Assembly: GCA_963784355.1 (NCBI GenBank)
Contig: CAWAQU010000003.1
Coordinates: 1 to 64,000 of the forward strand
DNA from: an uncultured bacterium
Lineage (GTDB): Bacteria; Patescibacteriota; JACMRA01
Length of the DNA: 64,000 nt
Reading direction: 5' to 3'
Shown here: piece by piece, positions 20,718-31,693 of the stretch
How positions within the stretch are numbered: the stretch's first letter is position 1
Layout: the number at the start of each line of letters is the position of its first letter
Notes under the pieces: generated by a model
Seen by the model: only the letters and a program-made list of their open reading frames with translations
The model's database searches: none
Told to the model about the DNA's origin: nothing
Translations under genes and position numbers: made by a program

Positions 20718-23159
20718 CTATTTGAGATTGTAAAAAAAGTATTTTTCTGCATCACTAACTTTAGCTCGACGTTTTTCAAAAAGAACATTTTTGTCTTCAC
20801 CATATTCTTCAAGATTATCTGTTATAAGTTTTTTAATAACCTCTCTACTGTTAATTTCTTCAAACTCAGTTCGGTAATCCATTGTTTCAAAACTCATTAA
20901 TGCACGGCCTTGATTATTGTTTTTTAGAGTCCTCAGGAAACCTGAAAATGGAGGCAAATTAGAGATGTCTTTTTCTTCAATATCGCCACCATAGAGTCCT
21001 ACAATTTCTTTTATTTCTTTTTGATTTCCCATGTTAAAAATTAGAGTAGAGCCTACGTTTCCAAGTACTGAATTTAGAAATTTTTGAGATACTTGATTTA
21101 AATATTGATGGGCTAGAACTAGACTTACACCATATTTTCTAGCTTCAGATAGCATACGAGGAATTAGGGGGCTTTCAGCTTCTTGCATTTCATCAATAAT
21201 AATCTGCACTCTTTCAGCTTCATTATCAGGGTCGTAAATAAACTGGGCGTAAGACCAGATTTGAGCAAGAAGAAGCTTTGTAATCATTTTCTTTGAAACG
21301 TTTCCAAATACTGACTCTGATATTGGAATTAATATCTTTTTATTGTTTTTAATCAGCTCCCTGATATCAAAAGAATTACCCTCTAAGAGTGGTTGAGTAG
21401 TATCTGTGACTATGTTTGATAATCTATTATCAATACCGTCTAAAATTGCTTTATTAACTAAATAATCATCAAGCTCCTGTTGCCACCTTAAGGCTATGTT
21501 TTTGTTTCCGTAGTTACTGAATATTGTGAGTAGGGTGTCTTTAAAACTAGAGTTTTTCTTTAAGACATTACTTAAATCGGGTAGGGTGATTTGCCTTTCG
21601 TAGACAAGTTTTTCTGCTTGCTCAGGGCTTAAGGCTTTGACTTCAACTAGATATTTGTAATAGGCGTCTGCAAAATGTACTCCAGTAGAGATTAAAAACT
21701 TTAGCAGCTTTTTGATTGAAGTTCCTAAATCATTGTCTTTAGCTTCCTGTTCTAAAATATTTAAAATGTCTTCGGTTAATGTGTCCTTTTGTACATCAGT
21801 GGTGCGGAAACTAAAAAGCGGGTTAAAAGAGATTGTTCTGTCTGAGTTTTCAGCTCCTAGTTTGAAATATACCACATCGCTAAGGTCGGGTAGCCGTCTG
21901 GCGATCATCTCAAGATCAACTTCATGCGGATCGAAAAAGATTAATGATTTAGTTTTATCTTTACAGGCGGATAGTGCTGTGCGGATTAATACTGTACTTT
22001 TACCTGAGCCAGTTGAACCTAAAATGTATAAATGTCTGCGGAGATTTTCTACAGGTAAGTAAATACTTTTCTTTTCTCCTAATTTGTTATGTGAGGATCC
22101 AATCAATAGTTTATTCGCTTCTGCTTCAAAAAACTCAGGGCTACTTTCAATAATTACTGATTTAGTAGGTTTAAATATTCCTCTTTCTACGTCAGTTGGG
22201 TGGATCATTAAAGATAGTTCGTTTGAATTTAGATATGAGCCAAACCAGCCTCGAAGGTACCTTGTAAACAAATTTTCTTTTTGAAGGTGTCTATTACTTA
22301 ATTTAGAAGCATTTTTTCTGCCAAGAAGTGACTTACTCACAAACCTAGCTTTAGCATTCATTATTTTGAAAATAGAGGCTAGTTCCCGTGGTATTTGTTT
22401 CTTATTTCCTAAAACATAAACTTGAACTAAAAACATGTGATTTTTAGTCTTTTGGATTAGGTTCTCTGAATCTAGTGTTTGTTTAGTTGATCTAATACTA
22501 GAGGATTTTTGAGATTGATCGTTTTTGTTAATTAACTGATGAATTTGCCGGTCTTTATCACGTATTGGTCTGATAAAAAAAAGAATACTGCCTCTGGACT
22601 CGTTGTCTAGCGAAGCTAAATAATCTACAACTCTTGTAAACAAGCTTTTTTCCTCCAAATTAATAGTAAAGAAACTATAGTCTAAATACAATCTTTTAGC
22701 GTAGCTCTTCTCATAATTCTTTAGAGGTTCTTCTGTTGTTACCTGCATGCTAATGCCTTGTATACTAGTTAAATATTTCTTTAGTGTCTCTAAAATCTCC
22801 AATTTTGTGGTAGTTAGAATTATTGATATATTTTCATTTACTTTATGAATTTCAAAACTGAGCCTTTCTCTTTCGCAAACCGAGTGAACTGAAGAAAAAA
22901 AGGATTGCATTGATCTAATGTAATTAGCCTCATTGGTTTGGTCTGCTTTTGGAAAAATTAACTCTAGCTTGTAAATCTTCTTTCTTTTATCAAATATTGT
23001 ATCAATGAAAACATATCCAAGATAAAGTACAAAACAAATAGCTATTAAGCCTAAGGCTAGAATAAAATAGGCTTTAGTTTCCGGAGTTAAATTATTATAG
23101 ATATTTATAAAAAACTCAGGTATTTTTTCGTACTTGATTTCAAATAATGGTGAGGCCAT
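20718..23159 (-). CDS. virD4: Type IV coupling protein (VirD4/TraD-like ATPase)
   Basis: N-terminal TM, RHLYILGSTGSGKS, IIDE.Q, EARKYG..L.LAHQ. Confidence 0.85.
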   Translation of the reverse strand: MASPLFEIKYEKIPEFFINIYNNLTPETKAYFILALGLIAICFVLYLGYVFIDTIFDKRKKIYKLELIFPKADQTNEANYIRSMQSFFSSVHSVCERERLSFEIHKVNENISIILTTTKLEILETLKKYLTSIQGISMQVTTEEPLKNYEKSYAKRLYLDYSFFTINLEEKSLFTRVVDYLASLDNESRGSILFFIRPIRDKDRQIHQLINKNDQSQKSSSIRSTKQTLDSENLIQKTKNHMFLVQVYVLGNKKQIPRELASIFKIMNAKARFVSKSLLGRKNASKLSNRHLQKENLFTRYLRGWFGSYLNSNELSLMIHPTDVERGIFKPTKSVIIESSPEFFEAEANKLLIGSSHNKLGEKKSIYLPVENLRRHLYILGSTGSGKSTVLIRTALSACKDKTKSLIFFDPHEVDLEMIARRLPDLSDVVYFKLGAENSDRTISFNPLFSFRTTDVQKDTLTEDILNILEQEAKDNDLGTSIKKLLKFLISTGVHFADAYYKYLVEVKALSPEQAEKLVYERQITLPDLSNVLKKNSSFKDTLLTIFSNYGNKNIALRWQQELDDYLVNKAILDGIDNRLSNIVTDTTQPLLEGNSFDIRELIKNNKKILIPISESVFGNVSKKMITKLLLAQIWSYAQFIYDPDNEAERVQIIIDEMQEAESPLIPRMLSEARKYGVSLVLAHQYLNQVSQKFLNSVLGNVGSTLIFNMGNQKEIKEIVGLYGGDIEEKDISNLPPFSGFLRTLKNNNQGRALMSFETMDYRTEFEEINSREVIKKLITDNLEEYGEDKNVLFEKRRAKVSDAEKYFFYNLK

Positions 23160-23163
23160 ATGA

Positions 23164-24057
23164 CTAAATTTGTTTGTATAATTCTGCTAATTCAGGGCAA
23201 AAGCTTAATATTTTGTTTACAGTATCTTCTTTTGTGTATTGTTCAAATGGGGTGGTATATAGTCCTGAGTAAAGTTCTATTTTACCACTACTTAAAACTG
23301 AAAATAATTCTAAAATACTTAAAGAAGCATCCATTTTATCTTTCAAAAAGCGGATTCTTGAACCTTGCTCAAATAGAGGGTACAAAAAGCTTTTATCAAA
23401 CACGCTTTTCATTCTAGCTTCACTATTAAAACTAAAATATATTTTGATTTGCTCTATATTTTCTCGGTCGAAAGATTTGCTGGCTATTATTAAATATCTT
23501 AGGAGCTTGTCGAACAATCTCTTTACTTCTTCTATACCTGTATCTGACTCCAAAGCAATTAAATTGTAATAATTATCACTACTACTTGTGCTAGCTGGTC
23601 TAATTAAACAGTCAGGATAAGCAAAGTAGGTATGACTACCTATTTTTACTCCAATAGAACAATTTTTGTCATAGTCAGTTAAAATTGACTCAGGTATTTC
23701 GTTGCAATTCAAGTATTCTAAAATAAATCTGAAGGTCTGGTAGTGATGTAAACGGAAAATAGTCTCAGTTCTTTTTGGCCCCTTTGACCAATCTCTATAG
23801 ATATAACTGGCATTGATTTTCTGGGTTATTCTGCTGTAACCCTTCTTTGTCAGGTAAATAAATTTTTCTTCAGGGTATGTCTCTTCAATAGTTATCATAC
23901 CATCAGATACTGCATCATGAACCTTGTTTGTAAGTTTGGAATATTTTACACCATGACTGTTTCTGATACCATAAAACCAACGTAGAGGCAAAACTTTTAA
24001 TATTAATACTAGGGTAAGTAGAGTTTGTCTTGAAACGGTTAAAGGCTGTTTATTCAT
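23164..24057 (-). CDS. Replication-relaxation family (Replic_Relax) relaxase
   Basis: Y.LT..G, HH, PD, E.DTG.E motifs; adjacent to the coupling protein. Confidence 0.75.
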   Translation of the reverse strand: MNKQPLTVSRQTLLTLVLILKVLPLRWFYGIRNSHGVKYSKLTNKVHDAVSDGMITIEETYPEEKFIYLTKKGYSRITQKINASYIYRDWSKGPKRTETIFRLHHYQTFRFILEYLNCNEIPESILTDYDKNCSIGVKIGSHTYFAYPDCLIRPASTSSSDNYYNLIALESDTGIEEVKRLFDKLLRYLIIASKSFDRENIEQIKIYFSFNSEARMKSVFDKSFLYPLFEQGSRIRFLKDKMDASLSILELFSVLSSGKIELYSGLYTTPFEQYTKEDTVNKILSFCPELAELYKQI

Positions 24058-24111
24058 ATTATTAATTGAATTACTTCCTTACAATTTTTTTTCAAAAATC
24101 ATAAGGCTATA

Positions 24112-24747
24112 TTATTTCATATTAGACTTTAAGGATAAAACTAAATCATCAGCCTTCTTCAGTTCCTCATCAGTTAATTGTACTTTTAGATCATTAGATT
24201 CATATTTTATTGTTGTTTTGATTGTATAGTCATCCAGTTTTACAAGCAATGGTAATTCGTAAATGTAGGTATTTTTACCCTCCTGTTTAAGGTAGGAATC
24301 TTTATCAATTACAACCCAACTATTTTCTTGTTTGATTTTAGCTAGTTCTACATCATCTTTGTTTCCAACCACTACTGGATTTGCCTCTTCTGTGTATAGA
24401 AACTCTCTAGTTTCAGGTATGTATCCTGTATATACACTTTTGTTTTGAATACTTTTTAGAGTTAGAATGCTGACAGTTACTTTAATATTTCCATTTTTAA
24501 ATTCAATTATTTCATTGCTACTACTTTGCTGCTTTTCACTCTGTAATACTTCTTTGCTCCAGCCTTCACTTTCTGTACCAATGTAAAATATTTCTGGTTT
24601 TGTTGGTACAATAGAAACTAACTCTTTTTCAGCAATTTGTTGCTTTTTAGGCTCTAGTTTGGGTGTAAGGAAGTTGAGAAAGTAATAACCTGCTAATAAG
24701 GCTATTAATAATCCGAATCCTAAAATAATCAGCACTTTTTTATTCAT
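24112..24747 (-). CDS. Membrane-anchored hypothetical protein (T4SS operon)
   Basis: N-terminal TM; operonic. Confidence 0.65.
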   Translation of the reverse strand: MNKKVLIILGFGLLIALLAGYYFLNFLTPKLEPKKQQIAEKELVSIVPTKPEIFYIGTESEGWSKEVLQSEKQQSSSNEIIEFKNGNIKVTVSILTLKSIQNKSVYTGYIPETREFLYTEEANPVVVGNKDDVELAKIKQENSWVVIDKDSYLKQEGKNTYIYELPLLVKLDDYTIKTTIKYESNDLKVQLTDEELKKADDLVLSLKSNMK

Positions 24748-24752
24748 ATGTT

Positions 24753-25661
24753 CTAATTTGAAATTTCCATAACGTAGTTGACAGTCCAGCCAGTGTTTAC
24801 CTGATATAGAGCATTTTTGCCTTTGTAGCTGTAGCCAGAAGTACCACCTTGCACATTTTTATATGGGTCATTCATGACTAGTCTACCGTCCGCAGTATAG
24901 CCTTTGATTACAGAAATATGGCCTATAGGGGAAATAATTGAAACAATGAGTGGACGACCTTGATCTATAGAAGTTTTTACTTTTTCAAAGGTTAGGGTAC
25001 CGATTGAGTTTGTGTTTAAATTAAATCTACTCAGATAAGCTGAAATACCTGCAAAGCCACTCTGATTACAAGTTGTATCGTAAGCTGTCATGCCAAATGC
25101 TCCTCCAATGTTTTGATTAGCACATTTACTTGGTAGATTTAAACCCTCATCTCTATAAGCAAACCGTTTTAAATCATGTTCGTTGTTAGGATCATAAGGT
25201 AGTTTTCCAAAGTAACCTGCAACCATTACCGAACTCGCTGCTCCACATATTACGTTGCCCAAATCCCAATTTTCATTACCAACAGGTATTTTAGGTTCAG
25301 TAGGGGAATAAGTGCCATCTGGTTCGAGCCACTGATTAAAGTATGGTACATTGAGTACAGTTGCTGTAATTCCTTCAATATTGGTCTCTTGAGTATCTCC
25401 TCCGCCAGGTGTTTGGATGATATTTGAAGCGGTTTGGTCTGCTGACATGAAAACCAGAGCAATAATCAAAAATGGTGAGATGATTAAGGAAAATACTAGT
25501 CCCTTGTTATCATACAAATATTTGCCAAGTCTAGCAGTCTGAAAAGGGCCAAACCCAACTAAAGCACCAATAGTTCCGCTAATAATCTGGATTAGACCAG
25601 ATAAAATGTAATCACCGGTGTTAACTGTCAAATTATTAGTATCTTCTGTGTCCCTATTCAT
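24753..25661 (-). CDS. C39-like cysteine peptidase with TM anchor
   Basis: VPYFNQ...CGAAS, GH..VI.GY, NDPY. Confidence 0.85.
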   Translation of the reverse strand: MNRDTEDTNNLTVNTGDYILSGLIQIISGTIGALVGFGPFQTARLGKYLYDNKGLVFSLIISPFLIIALVFMSADQTASNIIQTPGGGDTQETNIEGITATVLNVPYFNQWLEPDGTYSPTEPKIPVGNENWDLGNVICGAASSVMVAGYFGKLPYDPNNEHDLKRFAYRDEGLNLPSKCANQNIGGAFGMTAYDTTCNQSGFAGISAYLSRFNLNTNSIGTLTFEKVKTSIDQGRPLIVSIISPIGHISVIKGYTADGRLVMNDPYKNVQGGTSGYSYKGKNALYQVNTGWTVNYVMEISN

Positions 25662-25664
25662 ACC

Positions 25665-27506
25665 CTAATCTTTAGTTGAGGAGTAACTGCTAGTATATAC
25701 TAAATCTTTCTCAAGCGGTAATACGAACATATCAATCCAAACTCTTTCATTTTGCCTGATTAAAAGTGCCTGACCTTTGTCTCGTGTAGGTAAAAGTTGT
25801 TCTTCTTGTTCAGTAAGAGGAAATACACCATTTTTTCTAATAAATGACATTGATGAGTAGCTTTGCTTTAGTGTAATACTAGTCTCTGCTTGAGTAATAA
25901 TTGTCTTGCCCCCATTGTCCTCTCTAAAATCCTCAAGATTTTGGGTAATGCAGACAAGCCCAGTGTTTCTTTTTCTCACTGTCTTAGATAAGTCTACTAA
26001 AAATTCTCTTGTAGCAGGGTATTTCAAGAATTTATGGGCCTCGTCAATATAAATCATTTTTCTCCTGTCTTTATTCTGCTCAATTAGATTATAAATAATG
26101 TTAGATAACAGGTACATTGTTGGAATTTTTAGTGTATCATCTTTAATGTCTGACAAATCAAATACTAATAAGTGAGAATCTAAATCGATTTCATTGTTTG
26201 AATTAAATAGTCCGCTCATAGAGCCGTCGTCAGAAAGAGTTGAAATGTCTCTTAAAAATATAGCATTATGCTTTTTGCAAAGATCAAGAAAATCATTTAA
26301 ATTTGGTTTCTCCTTATTTGTATAAAGTTCTACAAGCAGACTATCTAAAAGAGCACCGTCATATCTTTTAGGTTCGATAAAGAATCTAAAGAACTCTTTT
26401 AAAACAACAATGTGATTTTTCTTTGCGTCAACATCCTGTGAATCGGCAGCACCAGTAAAAAAAGGATTAATTCCACTGTTTCTACTAAACTTAATAGGTG
26501 TCTGTTTGAAACTAAGAGCTAAAGGTACGTACTCGCCTTCTGGGTCAATTACGATATTTTGTACTCCCCTTATTGCTAACCTACTCATCAATAATTTTGA
26601 AGTAACACTTTTACCTGAACCGCTCATACCCACGATATTGATGTTGGCATTAGCAGCTTTAAATATATCAACTAATACCATTGTAGAATTATAAGAGTTT
26701 AAACCTAGAAAAATCCCTGTAGGATCATTTAAGTTTCGACTAAGAAAAGGTAACAAATTTGTTACCGCAGAGGTTTGTAAAATATGTTGTTGTTCCTTTT
26801 GTTCTTGAAGAATTGGTAAAGCTGATAGTAAGGCACTTTTTTGTCTGGTCGTTGCTACATTAAAAGTAAATCCAATATCCTGAGATTTTTCTTGAAATAA
26901 TTTATCATAAGTTTTCAGCTCTTCCTCAGTATTAGCGGAAATAGTAACGTACAAACTAACATAAAAAGCTTTTTCAATATCATGAACTAAGTTATCAATA
27001 AACTCTTGAATTTCTTTTATTTCTCTGTCTAAAGCCTGATCCCTATTTTTCCCCTGCTTGTCTCTTATCGCCTGAGTAGATTCAAGTGAAGAGATTTTAA
27101 TATTTCCTTTATTTATCATGTCTTTTTGACTAGTCCCTTCAATATGATAAGAAAGTTTAAAAGGAATAGGTAAGTTGATTAATCTAAATAAAAAGCTTGG
27201 CAAAATTGAATTTGGAAGCTCAGCTAAGTAATAAACTCTAACTAATTTATCACTTATTTCTAGTTCTCTATTTCTAGCTATCAATCCATCCATTCGATAC
27301 CTATTAACTATTTTATCCAACCCTTGTCCTTTTATTTTGAAGAGCTTTTGAATATCTCTTTCATATCCATTTTTCTCATACCAATATTGAAATGCATTTG
27401 ATACATACTCAACTAAATTTTTACCCTTTTTGAATTTGGGTGAATATAGCTCATTAAAATTTTTTAAAACTTTACTTTGGAATTTTTTTTCTTCAAATTT
27501 ATTCAT
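25665..27506 (-). CDS. virB4: VirB4-like conjugation ATPase
   Basis: GMSGSGKS, IDPEGEY, YIDEAH, RKRN...ITQ. Confidence 0.92.
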   Translation of the reverse strand: MNKFEEKKFQSKVLKNFNELYSPKFKKGKNLVEYVSNAFQYWYEKNGYERDIQKLFKIKGQGLDKIVNRYRMDGLIARNRELEISDKLVRVYYLAELPNSILPSFLFRLINLPIPFKLSYHIEGTSQKDMINKGNIKISSLESTQAIRDKQGKNRDQALDREIKEIQEFIDNLVHDIEKAFYVSLYVTISANTEEELKTYDKLFQEKSQDIGFTFNVATTRQKSALLSALPILQEQKEQQHILQTSAVTNLLPFLSRNLNDPTGIFLGLNSYNSTMVLVDIFKAANANINIVGMSGSGKSVTSKLLMSRLAIRGVQNIVIDPEGEYVPLALSFKQTPIKFSRNSGINPFFTGAADSQDVDAKKNHIVVLKEFFRFFIEPKRYDGALLDSLLVELYTNKEKPNLNDFLDLCKKHNAIFLRDISTLSDDGSMSGLFNSNNEIDLDSHLLVFDLSDIKDDTLKIPTMYLLSNIIYNLIEQNKDRRKMIYIDEAHKFLKYPATREFLVDLSKTVRKRNTGLVCITQNLEDFREDNGGKTIITQAETSITLKQSYSSMSFIRKNGVFPLTEQEEQLLPTRDKGQALLIRQNERVWIDMFVLPLEKDLVYTSSYSSTKD

Positions 27507-27507
27507 A

Positions 27508-28329
27508 CTAAACTTGTCTAATGAATTCTTTTAAAAATAAATCCAGCTCCACATCTTTGACTTGTTTTGATTCAATTTTCGCTTGAGCAAGTAGATTACA
27601 AAGCCTATTACTAAACATTTCTAATGATTCAATAATTTCAATTGTTGATTTACTGTTTGAAGTATCACCCTTTTGCTCCATTAAGAAATAAAAGTCACGT
27701 ATTGGAATAATATTTTTATCTAATAGTTTGTGCATATCTTCTATATACTGTCCTAATTTATCATCTCTGAATTTAGTTAATTCTACGGAATTTAGGTTCA
27801 CTTCTTGATTAGCTATATTGTCAAAATGAGCTAAATAATCATTTTGTTCAGCCCCTCTGTTCCTCATTATAATTTGAGTGTGAATTCCTCGCTGGCTATT
27901 CAAGAAAGCTTGAATATCTTTAATAAAAATATTCTGATCCTGTTCTGACAATAACATCAAATCAATTGGCTCTAATTTGAAAACAGCTACAATTTTATCT
28001 TTAAAAATAAGCATGTTATCTACTAGATCAAAGTCAATTTCTTGCACTACTGCTTGCTTTTTATTGCTAATTAGATATTTTAAAAAAGGAATAATTAGGG
28101 TGTAAGCTGGTTGTCTATCTATCTCAGTGTTAATTGCAAAATAACTAAAAATGGCAACTAAACCTACAACCAATATTCTTAATTGTGTGGGTAGATTAGG
28201 AGTTAAAGTAATAGCTACTACAAAAACTGAGGCAGGCAGGCCAAACCTTAGAAACTCTTCTATATTAATCAATTGTCTTAGTGGATTTTGATTTATCTGT
28301 TTAATTTTTAAAATTCTAGCTGCTTTCAT
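27508..28329 (-). CDS. PrgI/VirB3-like protein fused to a VirB4 N-terminal-like region
   Basis: Two TMs, then IDLMLLSEQDQ..I...FLNS; directly upstream of virB4. Confidence 0.6.
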   Translation of the reverse strand: MKAARILKIKQINQNPLRQLINIEEFLRFGLPASVFVVAITLTPNLPTQLRILVVGLVAIFSYFAINTEIDRQPAYTLIIPFLKYLISNKKQAVVQEIDFDLVDNMLIFKDKIVAVFKLEPIDLMLLSEQDQNIFIKDIQAFLNSQRGIHTQIIMRNRGAEQNDYLAHFDNIANQEVNLNSVELTKFRDDKLGQYIEDMHKLLDKNIIPIRDFYFLMEQKGDTSNSKSTIEIIESLEMFSNRLCNLLAQAKIESKQVKDVELDLFLKEFIRQV

Positions 28330-28333
28330 GATT

Positions 28334-28723
28334 CTATTTTAATAGATTTACAATATCGTTTGCCAAATAATTAGCTTGTGCAGATTTACTGCTGGATTCA
28401 ATTAGAGGAAGAAGTTGATTGATATTAGTTTTTAGTCTATCGCATTCTACTTGATAAATTGAGTTAACTTTGTCGCACCTTACGCCACCTAAATCTTTAT
28501 TTGCTATGATTAAAGCTTGTTTTGTGGCTTCCTCTGTCTTTTGGCTCATTATTGTAGTTTTCAACGTTGTCTTAACATTTAAGTATTTATCAGTATCGTT
28601 TCTGAAAGGCTGAGCTGTAAACAAATAGGTCAGTATTAAAATTAAAGGAAGAATAAATAGAACAATATAGAAAACAAGAGTTCTTTTATGCAGCTTTAGC
28701 AGGCTATAAAATATATTAAACAT
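28334..28723 (-). CDS. Membrane-anchored T4SS operon protein
   Basis: N-terminal TM, two Cys. Confidence 0.6.
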   Translation of the reverse strand: MFNIFYSLLKLHKRTLVFYIVLFILPLILILTYLFTAQPFRNDTDKYLNVKTTLKTTIMSQKTEEATKQALIIANKDLGGVRCDKVNSIYQVECDRLKTNINQLLPLIESSSKSAQANYLANDIVNLLK

Positions 28724-28732
28724 AATTGAGTA

Positions 28733-30835
28733 CTAAGTATTATTTGTTTTATTAAGGTTTTTGGTGTAAACTGTTGTTTTTTGAATTCGAGGGGTATCTT
28801 TATTAATTTTTTCTTCACTACCCAATTTAGCTTTCTGATTTTTAGAAACTTGTGTTGTTGTTATTCCGTCTATCCCCTTTTCTTTGTTTTCAAATCGTGC
28901 TGATGTTAAACTTTTTTTCATGTTTGAATCAGTAGCATTTACACCTAACTCCACACCCGACCTTTCCTCATATACAGTTCGTCCAGCGTAATTACTGGTA
29001 TCCTGTAAATTAAATTTCCCTGATACTGGATAAATGTCACTTGCTGGTACTCTATCTTCTAAAGCATCTTCTTTGGAATTATATAAAGTAGTAATACCAT
29101 TTGATTGGTTATATGCCCACCAATTTCCCTCAACACCAATGACACCCTCTTCTTGATAAACTGGACTTACTGCATAATTATTTTTGCTGAAAGCTTGTGC
29201 TTGTTTGCTCTGTGTTATATCAGCTAATTGATTATGTTTACTATTAGTTGCAGAACCTGTATTGTTAGAATTAAAGTTAGATTTAGGTGTGGATACATTA
29301 GAGCTTCCAAACCCAGTAGATTTTGAACTTTTATTAAAACCGCTGGATTTATTGGTAGAGCCTGGTAGGAAACCAGTAAAAGCTTCTCTTTTAGATAAAC
29401 CTGAATTTTGAAGGTGACTTGTATTTCCTCCGCCAACACTTTGCATAGCTGCTTTTTGCCCAAATAAAACCGCTCCAATACTACCACCTGCTACGTCTCC
29501 AATTACCGCATTAATCGCATTACCTCCTCTATGTACCACTCCACCAATTATTTCACTAGAAAACGAATTCACATTATATAAAAATATTAATGAACCAATT
29601 AAAATTACAATTTGCTCTATACCAACACCATTTGCTAACATATTAAGCAGAAATCCTTGTATAATAGCATATCCGAAAATAAAAAAAGCTTGATGCAATA
29701 AAGTTGTAATCCAAGTATTCCAATACCTACCAACATAATCTGTCTTGATTGGACTGGCCATAAAAATGATAACTATTGGGTAAATAGCAGCCAAGAAATA
29801 CAACTTAATAAATCTAATAACAAATTGGCCAATTACAAGAATGTATAAAAGAGCAATCAATACAATCGGAAACAATGCCAAAAATGCTCTAAATCCATCA
29901 AATAATGTTTTCACTGGATTAGCGAAAGTTTGAATTCCGCCTAATAATATACTAAGTGGACTTTGATCGCTGTTTGGCTGAAATCCTTGCTGAATTTTGT
30001 CTAAAAACTCTACAAGAAAACTAGTTAAATCTTTACCTCCTAAAATGAACTGACAAAATGCATTTACACCAATTATTGAATAGCTTAATATGTATGGAGT
30101 TGAAATTAGGATTATAATAGTAAATACATGATTCATAACTATACTACCAATATCACGCTGTTTCTTTGTGTTAATATCTTTTAATATTATAATTCCTTCC
30201 AAAATTAAAAACAAAGTATACACAGAAATGACCAAACCCAACAATTTGTTACTAAATGTTTTTGCTGTGTCGAAACTACCAGTAGCAAAATTTACTTGAT
30301 TTGTGCTAATCCCAGTAACATCTGGGGTATTCGATACAAAAACATCTAAAATTGGTTTAAAGCCAGCTACTATATTTTTTAATGCATTTATTGTTTGATA
30401 AACCGAATCACCAAAATTACCACCAATAGGCTCAACTGTATCATCTAATTGTTGAATGTTCAACGTGCTATCTTGACTAAACGTAGGGTCATTTCTACTT
30501 TCCAATGTATGAATTTTAAGGCTATTTCTTGAATGCGAAATTGACTGTGCATCAAATTCTACATACTTTCTACTTCGATATACTGAGCTTGTATTGTTTT
30601 TATTTTGTAAATCAGAAGAATTAAAATTTGTTTGGTCACTCAATAACTGATTAGTTATTATAATAGAGAGTATAAATAAAAGAAATATTCCAATATATAT
30701 TAAAACTGCTTGTTTTTTATCTTTTAACCATAACTCATTTAATGCACTCAGATATCTTTTAAAAAGCATACCAATCAAATCTATCAAGCTATTTGTGTAA
30801 CTTGCTGTAGTCTCTTTGGCGTTTTTAAAAAACAT
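28733..30835 (-). CDS. VirB6/TrbL-like polytopic membrane protein
   Basis: Multiple TMs, R...L.FL...PI, W, then G/S-rich tail. Confidence 0.75.
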   Translation of the reverse strand: MFFKNAKETTASYTNSLIDLIGMLFKRYLSALNELWLKDKKQAVLIYIGIFLLFILSIIITNQLLSDQTNFNSSDLQNKNNTSSVYRSRKYVEFDAQSISHSRNSLKIHTLESRNDPTFSQDSTLNIQQLDDTVEPIGGNFGDSVYQTINALKNIVAGFKPILDVFVSNTPDVTGISTNQVNFATGSFDTAKTFSNKLLGLVISVYTLFLILEGIIILKDINTKKQRDIGSIVMNHVFTIIILISTPYILSYSIIGVNAFCQFILGGKDLTSFLVEFLDKIQQGFQPNSDQSPLSILLGGIQTFANPVKTLFDGFRAFLALFPIVLIALLYILVIGQFVIRFIKLYFLAAIYPIVIIFMASPIKTDYVGRYWNTWITTLLHQAFFIFGYAIIQGFLLNMLANGVGIEQIVILIGSLIFLYNVNSFSSEIIGGVVHRGGNAINAVIGDVAGGSIGAVLFGQKAAMQSVGGGNTSHLQNSGLSKREAFTGFLPGSTNKSSGFNKSSKSTGFGSSNVSTPKSNFNSNNTGSATNSKHNQLADITQSKQAQAFSKNNYAVSPVYQEEGVIGVEGNWWAYNQSNGITTLYNSKEDALEDRVPASDIYPVSGKFNLQDTSNYAGRTVYEERSGVELGVNATDSNMKKSLTSARFENKEKGIDGITTTQVSKNQKAKLGSEEKINKDTPRIQKTTVYTKNLNKTNNT

Positions 30836-30841
30836 AAACTA

Positions 30842-31168
30842 CTATTTCTTCAAAATACCAGTTAACCAGCTTGTAATTGCTTCTGCTCCAAAGATTAGAA
30901 TATTCGCACCAACTAATACTGCCATTGCTTCATAAAATTGTGTTCTTTTATTTGCATTAGACAAATCCATTAACGATCTAACACCAAAAAAAACAAATAC
31001 TAAAGCATCTATCGCGTAAACATACTCTCTAATTGTATCAATTAAAGACTGTAAAATATTGCTTAAACCAGGAATTGGTATGACTTCTGCAAAGGTAAAT
31101 ACGGGCAGGCAAAGCAAAGCTAATATTAAAAATATTGATAATTGTGAAATACGTTGTAATTTAGACAT
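30842..31168 (-). CDS. VirB2/TrbC-like pilin
   Basis: Signal peptide plus two hydrophobic helices, 108 aa, first gene of the operon. Confidence 0.7.
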   Translation of the reverse strand: MSKLQRISQLSIFLILALLCLPVFTFAEVIPIPGLSNILQSLIDTIREYVYAIDALVFVFFGVRSLMDLSNANKRTQFYEAMAVLVGANILIFGAEAITSWLTGILKK

Positions 31169-31295
31169 AATATATAGTAAAGTTAATTGAATATTGTGAT
31201 TTATATTGTGATGAGCTTATTATTTAGTAGTAACAAAGCATAGTTTTAGGCTTTTTGCAAATGTTGCTTATAAGTATCATTTTAAGATGAAATTT

Positions 31296-31523
31296 TCAGT
31301 CATCCAGAAAGTTAAGCAAAATCAAAGCCCTAATATCTAGTGCATCAGCAAAATCTATTATTTTTGTCAGTGTTGGATTACCTTTACCTTTTTCAATTGC
31401 TACTATATAGTTACGATTAGAACCCATTTTACTTGCTAAAGCAGCCTGAGTCATATTTTTTTGTAATCTGAGAAGTTTTACAGATTGTCCGAATAATGAA
31501 GTATATTTATAGTACTTAGTCAT
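31296..31523 (-). CDS. XRE-family HTH regulator (cassette A)
   Basis: LR....TQ..LA......YI..IEKGK.NPTL. Confidence 0.9.
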   Translation of the reverse strand: MTKYYKYTSLFGQSVKLLRLQKNMTQAALASKMGSNRNYIVAIEKGKGNPTLTKIIDFADALDIRALILLNFLDD

Positions 31524-31693
31524 TTATAAATTAAGTTAATATTTTGTGTTGTTAGTTTAAAATTTAAATGCTTTTATTTAGTGTTTAATTTCTCAACATC
31601 AGTATCAGTAAAATACTTTATACACTTAACTCGTATTGTATCTATATAGTGATCTGAGTAATATTTTAAACAGTAGTCTTTCTCACTAAGCAC

